Shown here piece after piece: positions 41,791 to 54,074 of a stretch of 64,000 bases of DNA. The position numbers and the translations under genes were made by a program. This DNA is from Octopus sinensis (Eukaryota): positions 87,216-151,215 of the forward strand of contig NW_021832122.1 of the NCBI RefSeq assembly GCF_006345805.1. The letters are read 5' to 3'. Positions within the stretch are counted from its first letter, which is position 1, and every line of letters begins with the position of its first letter. The notes under the pieces are model-generated. The model did no database searches and was not told the origin of the DNA. It saw only the letters and a list, made by a program, of their open reading frames with translations.

Positions 41791-43125
41791 AAAATTGAGA
41801 CCGGAAAAAACGGGCAGTATAGGGAGAGATCCAGTTGATCAGAGGCAAATTTACAATTTACGCTTGAAAGGTGAGATACAAAAACGCAAACACATTGATA
41901 AAAATTGGAATTGTCGATCAAGATTTATTCAATTAAGTAAAGGTTCGAAAAATAACATAAATACGATTTGCCTGCCATTGAGTTCTTGTAATGCACAAAT
42001 AAATGATATAAATAATACCTTCGGGACTGAGATGTGATGGAATAGTCAAAATTGTAAAAATATCACTAGGACAAAGTTAAACTGAAAAAAATTTCCGTGC
42101 TTATATTTAAAGCACCGTTACCTAAAAACACTGCCAGTATGCAAGAAGATAACAAATATGAGGTAAACATTCTTGACAACTTGCAGAAGAAAGCTGATAA
42201 AATGAAACCAATAAGAGTAAACGGATTAAGAATTAAATAAAATCAATTTAAAAGAGTCTCGTAAAAGTTTTCTGCTGGAATTTGATAGCAATGTATCTTA
42301 TGATATAAAATTTATCTGAACAGCTGGTGTTCTCATAGGCAATAAAATGATTTGTTTAGTGGTCCTATTTATCATTTGAATAATTTATATAAATATTTTT
42401 TTATTGCTAAATCACGAAACATTATTTCTGAGGCATTTTTAAGGCGCGTGTGAGATTAAATTAAAAATCAAAATATTTAAAAAATATCATTCTAACGTTA
42501 AATTAAAATGATAAAAACGACAAACAGATAAGATACGACATCAACGAATAAAGAACATTGCTGAAAAAATTAATTCTATAAAAAAACTTAAAAATGGATC
42601 TTTTTAAATGTAAAATTCGTTTTAACAACTTAAAATAAATTAATTTTAGTGCAGTCATTATTCACTATGCTGGTCAGCTGTATCTCCTGCAAACTGCATA
42701 AAAATAAAAACACTAACTCATTTTTAATAAACTATTCTCAAGTTTATTTGAAATAAGTATATACAATTTATTATTTTATGTGGACTATTAGACTCATTCA
42801 TTGATTAAGAAGATTAAATTAAAACTTTTTAATCTTTATTTGTCAAGCAACGATTATTGAATTTAATTTAAAAAGGTCATTGGAATGAATCAAAATAATA
42901 CTTTGAGTTTCTTTAGTACTAATGATTAAATAATGCCACAATTGGCACATAAATCAATAAAAAATTCACATTGCTCTTGTAGCATTTTGTAACAATTACA
43001 TGTCAAAACATTGGAACGATTTGTACTGTTAATAATAAAATCAAATACAAATTAGATTAATTTATATTTTTTAAATTTATTTAAAAATTAATATTTTTGA
43101 TTTTGTTGCTAACCTCAGTTTAACT

Positions 43126-44784
43126 ATGGTTGCTCGAAAGGAAACTAAACATTTTGTTAATAGCGAAATGGTTTTTTAATCAAATATATCCACAGACAAT
43201 CAGTGACTACTACGAAAAGGAGGACTATCAGTACGGGCCAGAAGATGAATGCAGAGAAGTCCCTCTTTGGTATTCGGTCCACAGCTATTGCGTATTCGTC
43301 ATAATTTACCTACTCGGACACCTACGCGATTTTTTAGAAAAATATGGTCTAACCAAGCACAAAAAAATAGAAAAGGAGATTCCTGTATTTAGTCGATAAA
43401 TGTACATAAAAAGGGTTTCAGATCACTTTTGAGAAATTTCGAAAGTTTCTACATACGAAATATTTATTTACGAGCAAGAAGCTGCTTTGAGAGAGTTATC
43501 CGCGGACCTCCTGGAGTTGTGTGTAATATGGCGGAGAGATATAGCGACGATGGAAACATTTCTTTTAAATTTACTGGAAAAATTCTTAAAAATTTAATAA
43601 ACATGGGATCCTACAATTATTTGGACTTTGCCCAACCGGAATCGACTTCTCCTACATTTGAAGCAGTGGCAGAAAGCATAAAGAAATATGGAATAGGAAC
43701 GTGTTCTTCGTTTTCGGAATTGGGAGATTTCGATGCCCATGAAGAACTGAATACAACAGTGGCAGCATTTTTGGGGACCGAGGCTGCAATTTCTTTTCCA
43801 ATGGGATTTGCCACGAATGCACTAAACATTCCCTGTTTGGTAGGAAAGGTTGAATTTCTGGGTTCATTTTAGGGAGATCTCATCATATCCGACCAACTCA
43901 ATCACATGTCCCTCATTTTGGGATCTCGTCTCTCGAAGGCGACTATAAAAATCTTCAAAACCAATGACATGGATGATCTTGAACGACTTCTCCGTAGTTC
44001 CATAATACACGGACAGCCACGAACACATCGTCCCTATAACAAAATACTGATTATTGTGGAGGGGATTTACAGGTTTTCCCTTTTTATTTATTGGCCATAA
44101 GTATGGAGGGTACAATTCTCAAACTACCGCGATTGATTAGTCTAAAGAAGCAGTACAAGGCATATTTATTTATCGACGAGGCTCACAGCATTGGTTCCCT
44201 TGGGCCTCGTGGAGGTGGAGTATGTGATTATTGGAATGTGGATCCCAGAGAAGTCGATATCCTCATGGGTACATTCACAAAGAGTTTTGGTGGATGTGGT
44301 GGATATCTTGCTGGGTCACACTCATTTATAAACTATATTCGGAATAATTCGTGTTTTATGGACAGTACCACTATGCCACCTCCAGTAGCAACTCAGATCT
44401 CCAAGGCAATTCAGATTATACAGACGCCGTCTGGAATTGAGAGATTAAAGTCTTTAAAACGGAATCTCAGCTATTTCCGGAGAAGACTAAAGGAAATGGG
44501 ATTTCTTGTTTACGGACACAGGGATTCTCCTGTCGTTCCCGTTGTGTTTTCGTCTCTGGCAAAAATTGATTTGATTGGCAAGTATAGCTTGGATTCTGGA
44601 TTGGCTTTGACTTTGGTTGGTTCTCCAGCCACTTCACTGATGGGGGCAAGAATTAGATTTTGTATATCTTCTGGACATACGCGGGAAATGCTTGATAAGG
44701 TTTATGAATACACTAATATCAATAGACTCTGAGGGTAATGGACGAAATGGGAGACTTTTACTCCTTCAAGATGAGCTAGTTTAA
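43126..44784 (+). CDS. SPTLC2: Serine palmitoyltransferase LCB2 subunit, 6 exons
   Basis: [51 protein letters not shown]-lysine motif [19 protein letters not shown]. Confidence 0.95.
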
Positions 44785-45119
44785 CATTTATTTAATTACT
44801 CTTTCTTTTTGCTCATTTTCATTTAAAATTTTTTACCATTTCACTATTAATCTCATTTAAAAACTTATATTTTGTGATATTTGGTATATAAGATAGTGAA
44901 ACCTGTGTTTTTGTTAACACGTAGCTGTTTAAAAATGGATAATCAAAGTTAAGTTATTGATTTTCCTGTTAGTGGTTTAGAATGACGTAGTTACGATTAT
45001 AATTACTTTTGTTTTAAATAAGAAATATTTGGACTTGGGTCTTTACTTAAATAGGAAGAGTCCCCCCTTAATTGCCATTGCTTGGCGGTTTTGTTGTATC
45101 TTACAATATGACATAAAGA

Positions 45120-45742
45120 TTACGGATTCTCTGAAATTGAACACTCGATTCGATGACATTTTCCATCATTTCTTGGCATTTTCCATTGGTACTCCTGATA
45201 TTTTGCTCTGTTTTCGGATAGATATGACGGGGACTTGAGTTCGCTGATTTCTTTTTGCCATCGCAGCTTAAGCGAATCTAAAATTCCAAATTTCATTCCA
45301 TTTCCTTTTATTTTTGCCCAAAATTCAAACCTTCTGCAGGATAATCTGATTTTTCAGGAATCCAACTCATTGAATTTGTATTCCATTTTCTCTTTGGAGG
45401 AATTCGACTATTTTGAGATCTTCCGTTGTAATACTCTTCATACCAAGTGATATAAGGAGTATTAGGAGATTCTTGGTTGCCAAATTCAAAAAACTATTTC
45501 GATTAAAATAAAAATTATTAAAATACATTTCTATTAGTATTTTCCAACGGTCTTTTTACGCAGTTTCTTTTTAAAACGTTTGGAGAAAGAATATTAAAGT
45601 CTTGGTCATATGTTGTATTACTTTTGTAATCATTTTTTATCCACTGATATATGATAGAGATTTATACCTGCAGTCTTTCTTCATACCAATTTCCAATAAG
45701 AGCATTTTTTGTGTAACGATTTTTGTTAGAATCTAAAAACAT
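45120..45742 (-). CDS. CFAP107: Ciliary microtubule inner protein CFAP107-like, 4 exons
   Basis: YTKNALIGNWYEERL...ITWYEEYYN...PPKRKWNTNSMSWIPEKSDYP...FGILDSLKLRW matches the C1orf158/CFAP107 pattern from memory. Confidence 0.75.
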
Positions 45743-46110
45743 TTGGTATCCATAGAAAATATTTTATTAATTTTTTTTATAAATAACCATTAATGATATT
45801 AAATTAATTAAGATCGATTAATTGAAGGGAAGCCCAGCAGCCTGGCGGATTGCCAAACTGTTTCCCCGGATAACGGCGATCGAGAACCGTTGCAATAACT
45901 AGTTTTAAATAATATTTATTAAAAAAATTCAATTGTGTAATTCTAACTTATCAAATTGTTATCCCTGAAAATGTAATGACAGAGTTGATAAAATTATTTT
46001 ATATTAAATGTTTTCATAAAATATTGTTTTAAATAATATTAACATTATATTAAAAATTTATTTTTTACCTGAGAATTTATTAGATATTTATATTTTAAAT
46101 CTGCGGTTGT

Positions 46111-47458
46111 ATGAATAATATTGGTAAATATTTAACTCTGGGGGTCGCTTCTACTCTAGCATTCAGTTTATATCCAATTAAACACAATCCTACTAATTCT
46201 GAATCAACGAATGAAAAAATTTCTACAAAGTTAATCAATCGCGACTCTTACTCTGACATAATTTCAAAGTCCAAAGATTACTTACAATATACTAAAGTCG
46301 TAAAATGTTGATTCTCTAGTTTTTTAGTTAAAATATGGACTTCCTTGTATAGCTATTTCCGTTTCCGTGAATGGTTCTATTGTTTGGGCAGAAGGTATTT
46401 TTATTTTTGAAGTGAGCAATTAGGGCTAGGATACTCTGATATCGAAAACCTAGTCGAGTGTAAACCAGAAACAGTTTTTAGAATTGGGAGCATCAGTAAA
46501 CCCTTGACTGCTGCAATTGTCGGGAAATTAATACAGGAAGGACTTTTATCTTTAGACGATCCTATTTCGAAGTACAATATTGACTGGCCCGCTAAATTCA
46601 TTGACGGAAATGAAGTAAAATATGTTCAAATTATATAACTGTGTTCTATTACGTGTCGACACCTCATGTCGCACTCGAGTGGAATCCGCCACTACAATAA
46701 TCCAACTTCTGAAATTGACGAATTTCACATCAAACAGTGTTACAAGGACGTGAAAAGTGCACTTACCCTATTTAAGGATGATCCTTTACTTTTTATTCCA
46801 GGTTGATTTTGAAATGATTTTGGTCCTGTATAGGAACGAGAACCCATTACAGTACTTTTGCTTGGACATTGGTATCAGGGATATGTGAGTCTGTAACAAA
46901 AAAATCGTTTCCATCACTTCTTAGAGAACTTTTTGATTCTCTTTCAATGAACGACACTTTTCTCGATAAAAACGACACAATAATTTTCCACAGAACTCGG
47001 TTGTAATTGAAATTAGTACTATTACATATAGATATTACAAATTTAATTCTTGTAATGAAATCGTGAACTCACCATACGCTGAATCGACTCATAAATATGC
47101 GGGAGGTGGAATTTTGTCATCAGTTTTGGACATAAACGTGTTTGCCAATGCTATGCTGGAGAGTTATGAAGCTAATTCAAATAGTTATCTATCTGCTACC
47201 ATTGTTTCTGAACTGTGGTCCCCACATTATAAATCAAAGAAAGACTATTTTGGACTTGGATGGTTTATTTCTGATCATCCACGTGCCCCAAAGTATATTT
47301 ACCACACAGGATGTTCAGTTGGAGGCAGTTCTGTGGTACTAATACAACCTACGGATAAAAATTCACAAATTCGTGGAGTTGTATGTATAATGACTAACGT
47401 TGATGGAATCAATTTACTTAGCAGTGCAAAAAGAATTGCTTCTGACTTTTTTAAATGA
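46111..47458 (+). CDS. LACTB: Serine beta-lactamase-like protein LACTB, 6 exons
   Basis: VWAEGLGYSDIEN...FRIGSISK (SxxK), HLMSHSSGIRHY, YST, KYAGGGILSSV.D, HTG. One intron (46615-46641) apparently ends in TG. Confidence 0.92.
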
Positions 47459-48424
47459 AATTTTTTATTCATTATTTCATATTGGTGATATTTTTATTAA
47501 ACGCGATTGTTTTATACTATACTTATAGATAGAATTCTTTTTAGGTCGTATTTTTAACTACACTTAATTATAACTCATTCTGGTCAGTAAAATAAGATTT
47601 TAATCAATGTTTTTATTTCACCTGTAAAATTACACTGAGATTATAAAGTCTGAACTAGCAAAAATAACAGTAAATTAAAAATCGAATCATTTTTGTACAA
47701 ATCAATTTTTGATAAACACTTTTATATTCTTTCTATATCGCCCATTCAAGTATAATTGGCTATAGAAAGTCTGTTGTCCAACAGATCGGTAAGCAATTTC
47801 TTTTGATGATTGGAACCAAAATTGTTTTGCAAGCAAGCACGTCTTTGTTTTACAAATAAGCAACATTGTGACTTTTCTACTAGTCTCAAAATAGAACAAA
47901 ATAAAATCAACACTAATAGAAAATAAGAGCATTCCAACTTCTTAATTTCGATAATTCGCACCCTCATATCTTTGCCCCGATCCCAGTCAAGACGTCGGGA
48001 GTCCCAGAACTAAAAAATTCCTTATTAAACTGGGGGACCTGGCAAGCAGAAAGAGAAATGATTATCGGGAACGGACATGGCTTTCCAACGCATATCAATA
48101 GCCATCTTGCGTGGGAATTGCTATTCCATCTTATCTCCTGCTGCTACTTAAATATTAAAAACTAAATAATATTTTACATTTCAAAAAAAAATTTCGATAA
48201 TTATGGGATAACTACCACTCGTTAACAACGAAAACAGAAACCATTTGGCAAACGTCCTGAACAATGTAACGTTTTAAACAGATGTCTTTCTACTTCTATA
48301 AAAAGAGCACCGAATAAATAATCCAAAAAATGCTAATTATCTCAACTTTGAAGATACCAGTTAGTGTAATAATTAGGGCAATTTAAGTGTTTATTTATTT
48401 TATTTAACCGCCAAGACCACAATA

Positions 48425-48734
48425 AAAATCAAACAAAAGTCACGTGACCCCGATGCACTCGACCAGGGACCTCATCTTCGCTCAGTGATCTTTCCACGAG
48501 CCCACACAAGATCGCACCGGGCAGCAGGCCGTTTTTAACGGGGCATTTGCAAACAGACTGAGCTTTAGCTTGATCAGGTCTTCCAGAGGAGCCGAACCGG
48601 AGTGTTTGTTATCGTGCGACCAATGATCGGTTAATCTGAGGGCCCTTTGTTGGACCTTCTCGATTCGCCTTTTGTTGGACCACGATAACCGCGGAACCCA
48701 TGATCCGCAGGCGTAGGCAATAGATGGTTCAAAG
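48425..48734 (-). mobile_element. LINE 3' end fragment
   Basis: YACGSWVPRLSWSNKRRIEKVQQRALRL post-RT motif; ends in an AAATA-type tail at ~48390-48405; abuts a hAT TIR. Confidence 0.65.
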
Positions 48735-49627
48735 CAGTGGTTCTCAAGAATTTTGAGCCAGGGGCCGCAAAAATCAAATTTTTTATTTATAGGGGCCGCA
48801 CATTTCTTTGTCAACTTAATGAAGATAAGATATTTGTTATTTCAGGTTGAACTGAAGAAAATACATATGATTTTTGTTTTACTGTATACATGGAATTTAG
48901 AGTTGCGTCCTATCGCCGCGCATTTGTTATATCAATGAATGAAAGAATTTATAAACTACTTTGTCATATTTTCAAAATCTGGTACGATATTAGATGTCGA
49001 AATCCGCAACATCTGATCTAGATGGATATCCGTGAGTTCATTGTGGTATTATTTCCTAATTTTAGTATCGTTACTTAGAGGTAACTTGTGTGCAATATCG
49101 AAAACAGCGGGCGAACAACATTCCGATGCAAATATTTCGATTGCCGTTTTATATAATTCGCCATCAGAATAAGGCTTCATATTTTTAGCCAATAGGTAAC
49201 TAATTTTGTATGATGCCAGGTTAATATTAGACGAATATGTCCCACTTTTGAAAGTGGATGATCGCTTTAAATAATCTTCTTTCATTTGTTTTAGTTTTTT
49301 CGTCCGAGAAACACCAGTGAATTTTTCATAAAGAATAGAGTGGGAACGGTAGTGCCGTTCGATTGTATACGTTTTTAAAGTTACAATAATAGAATTGCAT
49401 ATTAGGCAAAAAGCCTTTCCATTGACCTCAATAATGAAATATTTTTCTTCCCAGATGAGTTTAGAAATCCTATTTTCCTTGGGAATTTTTCGAAAACGTT
49501 TAGAATTCGACATCACAACAACAAATAAAAAAACCTGACAAAAAATAAAATATTTATAGAAACATAAACCCCTCAATTAAATCCTAGGGGCCAGGAAATC
49601 TTTCAGGAATAGGTTGAATAGGGCCCT
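48735..49627 (-). mobile_element. Internally deleted hAT (GTF2IRD2-like) element
   Basis: Terminal CAGTGGTTCTCAA at 48735. ORF 49049-49576 has the BED-type finger WEEKYF...CLIC...ERHY and YKISYLLAKNMKPYSDGE...LPLSNDT. The other end is uncertain. Confidence 0.8.
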
Positions 49628-49804
49628 TTTAATTTTACATTCTACTTTTGTTCAATGCTAATTTGAATTATAGATTTACTCATGTGGCGCCGAGTCATCA
49701 GACAAAAATTAATATTTAGCTAAAAATAAATAATAAAAATATCGATGGTACGTGCGACAAAAATGATATACAATTTATTAAAATACAATTTATTTCAGCG
49801 ATAC

Positions 49805-49960
49805 AATTGCCTTGAAGACCCATGACCGGATGGAGGCTAGCTGGTTCTTCAAACACGACCCGGTCTCTATTCTACGCGGAAACTGCCTCTCGATCCGCAG
49901 TGCGTCTTCGTCGGACTGACTCCCAGGTCCGATGTAGCTCTACTAATTTCTTTTTTCATT
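49805..49960 (+). mobile_element. CRE-like retroelement extreme 3' end
   Basis: Near-identical to the reverse complement of 31645-31800 (attgccttgaagac...cgcagtgcgtcttcgtcggactga...agctct). Confidence 0.8.
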
Positions 49961-50269
49961 TCATTAAGAAGAAGGTTGGCATTTGAAGTTTGTAAAAAAA
50001 TTTATCAAAATAATGAGATCGATTTTCATGAGATCGATTATGTCTAAATTATCATATTGATTATGTCTATACGTAAAATAAAAATCAATTATTCTATAAA
50101 AAGAAGGAAGGATAATCATGCGTATTTTTTAGAGACTGAATGCTGGACAAAGTCTTTGCGCAGTTTTCATTTATTTATTGGAGTTTTATGTATTTTAAAT
50201 TCCATCACATATGCACATTATATCCGTTATTTTTTTGCTAGTGTTAAGATTAAAATTATTCAATTCATG

Positions 50270-51660
50270 ACTTTAATAAATTCAAGGGTAATAGTTCTTT
50301 TATAATAATAAAATAAATCATATCAAGAATATGCATCATGATTTTTAAAGTCAAATTTTCATTTATCATATAATTAAAAAAATGTATACATTCAAAAATG
50401 TATCTAAATCACAATTATCCTATAAAAGGAAAAAGGGATAATTACGTGATTTTTTATTTGACCTATAAAGTAGGGGGGCTAAGACTGCAACCTGCTCGTG
50501 GTGCCTCTTGCATACCAATTAATTAAATTGGTTACTAATGGCAGTAAATATTCATACGTTCATCAAATCTTGCGGCGGGGCATTAATAATATATTTTAAA
50601 TTCCATCACATATAAAATTGTTTAATTTATGACTTCAATAAATTCAAGCTTAATAGTTTTTTACAATAATATAATAAATCATATCGAGAATATGCATCAT
50701 GATTTCTAAAATCAGATTTTCATTTATCATATGATTAAAAAAATGTATACATTCAAAAATGTATCTAAATCACAATTATCCTAGTAAAGGAAAAAGGGAT
50801 AATTACGTGATTTTTTATTTGACCTATAAAATAGGGGGGCTAAGACTGTAACCTGCTCGTGGTGCCTCTTGCATACCAATTAATTAAATTGGTTACTAAT
50901 GGCAGTCAATATTCATACGTTCATCAAATCTTGCGGCGGGGCATTAATAATATATTTTAAATTCCATCACATATAAAATTGTTTAATTTATGACTTCAAT
51001 AAATTCAAGCTTAATAGTTTTTTACAATAATATAATAAATCATATCGAGAATATGCATCATGATTTCTAAAGTCAGATTTTCATTTATCATATGATTAAA
51101 AAAATGTATACATTCAAAAATGTATCTAAATCACAATTATCCTAGTAAAGGAAAAAGGGATAATTACGTGATTTTTTATTTGACGTATATTAATAGGGAG
51201 GCTAAGACTGCAACCTGCTCGTGGTGCCTCCTGCAAACCAATCAATTAAATTGGTTACTAATGGCAGTCAATATTCATACGTTCATCAAATCTTGCGGCG
51301 GGGCATGAATAATATATTTTAAATTCCATCACATATAAAATTGTTTAATTTATGACTTCAATAAATTCAAGCTTAATAGTTTTTTACAATAATATAATAA
51401 ATCATATCGAGAATATGCATCATGATTTCTAAAGTCAGATTTTCATTTATCATATGATTAAAAAAATGTATACATTCAAAAATGTATCTAAATCACAATT
51501 ATTCTATAAAAAGGAAAAAAGGGATAATTATGTGATTTTTTATTTGACGTATATTAATAGGGAGGCTAAGACTGCAACCTGCTCGTGGTGCCTCCTGCAA
51601 ACCAATCAATTAAATTGGTTACTAATGGCAGTCATTATTCATACGTTCATCAAAATAGTT
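50270..51660. repeat. ~361-bp tandem array, ~4 copies plus degenerate flanks to ~51900
   Basis: aatatgcatca at 50328, 50689, 51050 and 51412; GC-rich core ggctaagactg(c/t)aacctgctcgtggtgcctc in each unit; a degenerate fifth core at ~51686-51735. Confidence 0.97.
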
Positions 51661-52332
51661 TTGCAAAATTTATTTGACCATTAATGAGTGGGTGGGCTAA
51701 AAATTGCAACCTGGTCGTGGTATTCCCTGCAAACAAATTATTTCAATTAGTTACTAATAACATTCATCATTTATACAAATATAGCTGTCAAAAAAATTGC
51801 TGCGTATCTGCGACAATTCTAGTTTATTTCTTTATTAGAGTTTTATGTATTTTAAATTCAATCACATACACACATCATATCGGTTATTGTCTTTGCTTGT
51901 TTTAGATCAATGTATTTTTTTAATCTTATATAAAATATTTATGAAAATATCTTTAAATATGAAGATCGTTAAATATTTACCAAGTTGCAAGGCTGTGATG
52001 GTTTGTATAATTTCTTTCTAAAGAAGAACTTCATAAGTCAATTTTCGAACTGATCCGTGGAGTACCCCAGGTCAGAAATTTTTATGAATAGTATACGTAA
52101 AGTGCTGGTAATTATTATTCTAAAAGAATAAAGCCTCATACGGAACTATTTATATCAGTTTTCTATGGCGTTTTCATTAAGGAAGATCGACTTCTGACAT
52201 TTTTTAGAGCAATAGATGACAATGTTCCACTATTCAAAGGTTCAGGAATGCAAAAAAATGGAATTGATATGTCAAGAGCTATTGATTTTATCAAGAATAG
52301 TTTAAAAATTTTAGAGATAAAAACGACAGGTA

Positions 52333-53980
52333 CAGTCCGACCTCTAAATGGGGCACTAAGTGCCTCAAATCAGAGGTTTCCCCAAAAAAGAGGTTTTTCA
52401 AAAAGCTCAATAAATAAAGAAAAAAAACATTATTTTTTAAAATAATCAGTTAATTTTTCTCCATATTTATATTTATTTTTAATTCCTAATGACACTTTCT
52501 TTCTGAATTCATAAAAATCATGAAGAAAATCTGGAATCAAATCAAAGATGTTTGTCTCTAAGTTTTCCATCAAACTTAAAATTTGTGATATTGATGGTTC
52601 GCAGCTTATATTCTCATAGATATTGGATCATTATCTTCTATTTCATCAAAACATTCATCAATAACATTATTAAATATTTCTTCAGATGATTCATTTATGC
52701 AACTCGAGTCTGATGGAGATTGTCGAAAAACCTTTTGCCAGCAGTTATAAATAATATCCGCAGATACATTATTCCAAGCATCTGAGATTATTGTTACCAC
52801 TTGCCGCAAATTTAATTTGTATAAAAAATCAATTAGACAATTCAAATAATTATCCTTGAAATTTTTAATGATTCCAGCATCCAATGGTTGAAGTATTGGT
52901 GTCGTATTTTTTGGTAAAAATAAAAAATCAACGTTGCTAAATGTCGATATTTTGTGGCAAGCAGCGTTATCTAATAACATTAAGATTTTTCTTTTTTGAA
53001 TAATCATTTTTTCATTAATTTTTTTGAGCCAGGATATAAAAATGTCTCTTGTCATCCACGCATTTTTGGACGAAGAGTATAAAATTCCATAAATTTCGGG
53101 AGAAAATTTTTTGAAACATCTAGGATTTCTATATTTTCCGATTATTAATGGTTCAAATTTTTCTCCAGTGTAACTACAGCATAGATGAAGAGTAACTTTA
53201 TCTTTACTCCTTTTAAAGCCCCGTGCCGAATCACCAGTTTTCACGAATGATTTACGTGGGGTAAGTTTGATAAAAAGAGAAGTTTCGTCACAATTAAAAA
53301 TGTTCTCCTTTCCATATTGTTCAACTTTGATATTTAATTCTGATAAAAAATTCAAAATTATCGCATGATCAGCAGATGCGGATTCGCCTGACAATGTTCG
53401 GAATTTTAATTCATGCCTCTGCTTGAATTTTCTAACCATCCATTTGAAGCTTTAAACTTGTTTAAGCCCATTCTCGAAAAAACAGTTAGGGAAATTTTTT
53501 TTAAAAGAGTTCCAGAAACTGGAACATTCTGATCCCTTAGACGCTGAAAAATATCAAGGACTTTTTCATCAAATCCGTTTTTATTTTCACTTAATGATGA
53601 GGAAAGAAATCCTTTTTTGATAAATGGAAGAATATTCTTTTTTATACGAAAAATAGTTCCCTTGCTAGTATTGTACATTATGGATAATCTCCTCTCAGAA
53701 TGTTCTTTCTTTAAAAGATGATCAGCAATCTTCAACTTGGTTTCATAATTCAAAGGCATTACACAAGAAATTTAAAATGAAACGTGTCTTAAAATATTTA
53801 TTTTTTAAATTGGTATAATTAATTTTATTTAATAAAAAATCAATGACCCAAATAGGAATGTTAAAATTAATTGATTTTTGATAATTTGGTTAAAAAAATT
53901 TATAATGCCCCAAAACAGAGTTTTCCCCAAAAAAGAGGTGCCCCACCCCTGGAGGTGCGCCCCAATTAGAGGTCGGATTG
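52333..53980 (-). mobile_element. Near-complete Tigger/pogo DNA transposon (1648 bp)
   Basis: TIRs CAGTCCGACCTCTAAATGGGGC and CAATCCGACCTCTAATTGGGGC, a TA on both sides, HTH ORF 53406-53759 and DDE_1 ORF 52606-53439 (NCDET, LLDN, QPLDAG). The two ORFs are separated by one missing A at ~53430. Confidence 0.95.
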
Positions 53981-54074
53981 TATTGACAATCGAAAAATTA
54001 ATGTGAAAATTATTAGAAAATAGAAAGATAACATCATTTTGTTAATTGAATGATGTCAGAAATACCAAAATTAA

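Noticed and set aside
41795-42240. Possible MULE transposase remnant
   Set aside because: Resemblance too weak and broken to support a call.
45827-45902. HDV-like ribozyme, H/ACA snoRNA or 5S interpretation of the hairpin island
   Set aside because: No P2/P3 pseudoknot, no H or ACA boxes, and wrong length for 5S; kept only as an unassigned structured element.
50270-51660. CRISPR array, tRNA array or spliced-leader RNA array
   Set aside because: Units are near-identical with no unique spacers and no cas genes; no cloverleaf; no convincing SL donor plus Sm site.
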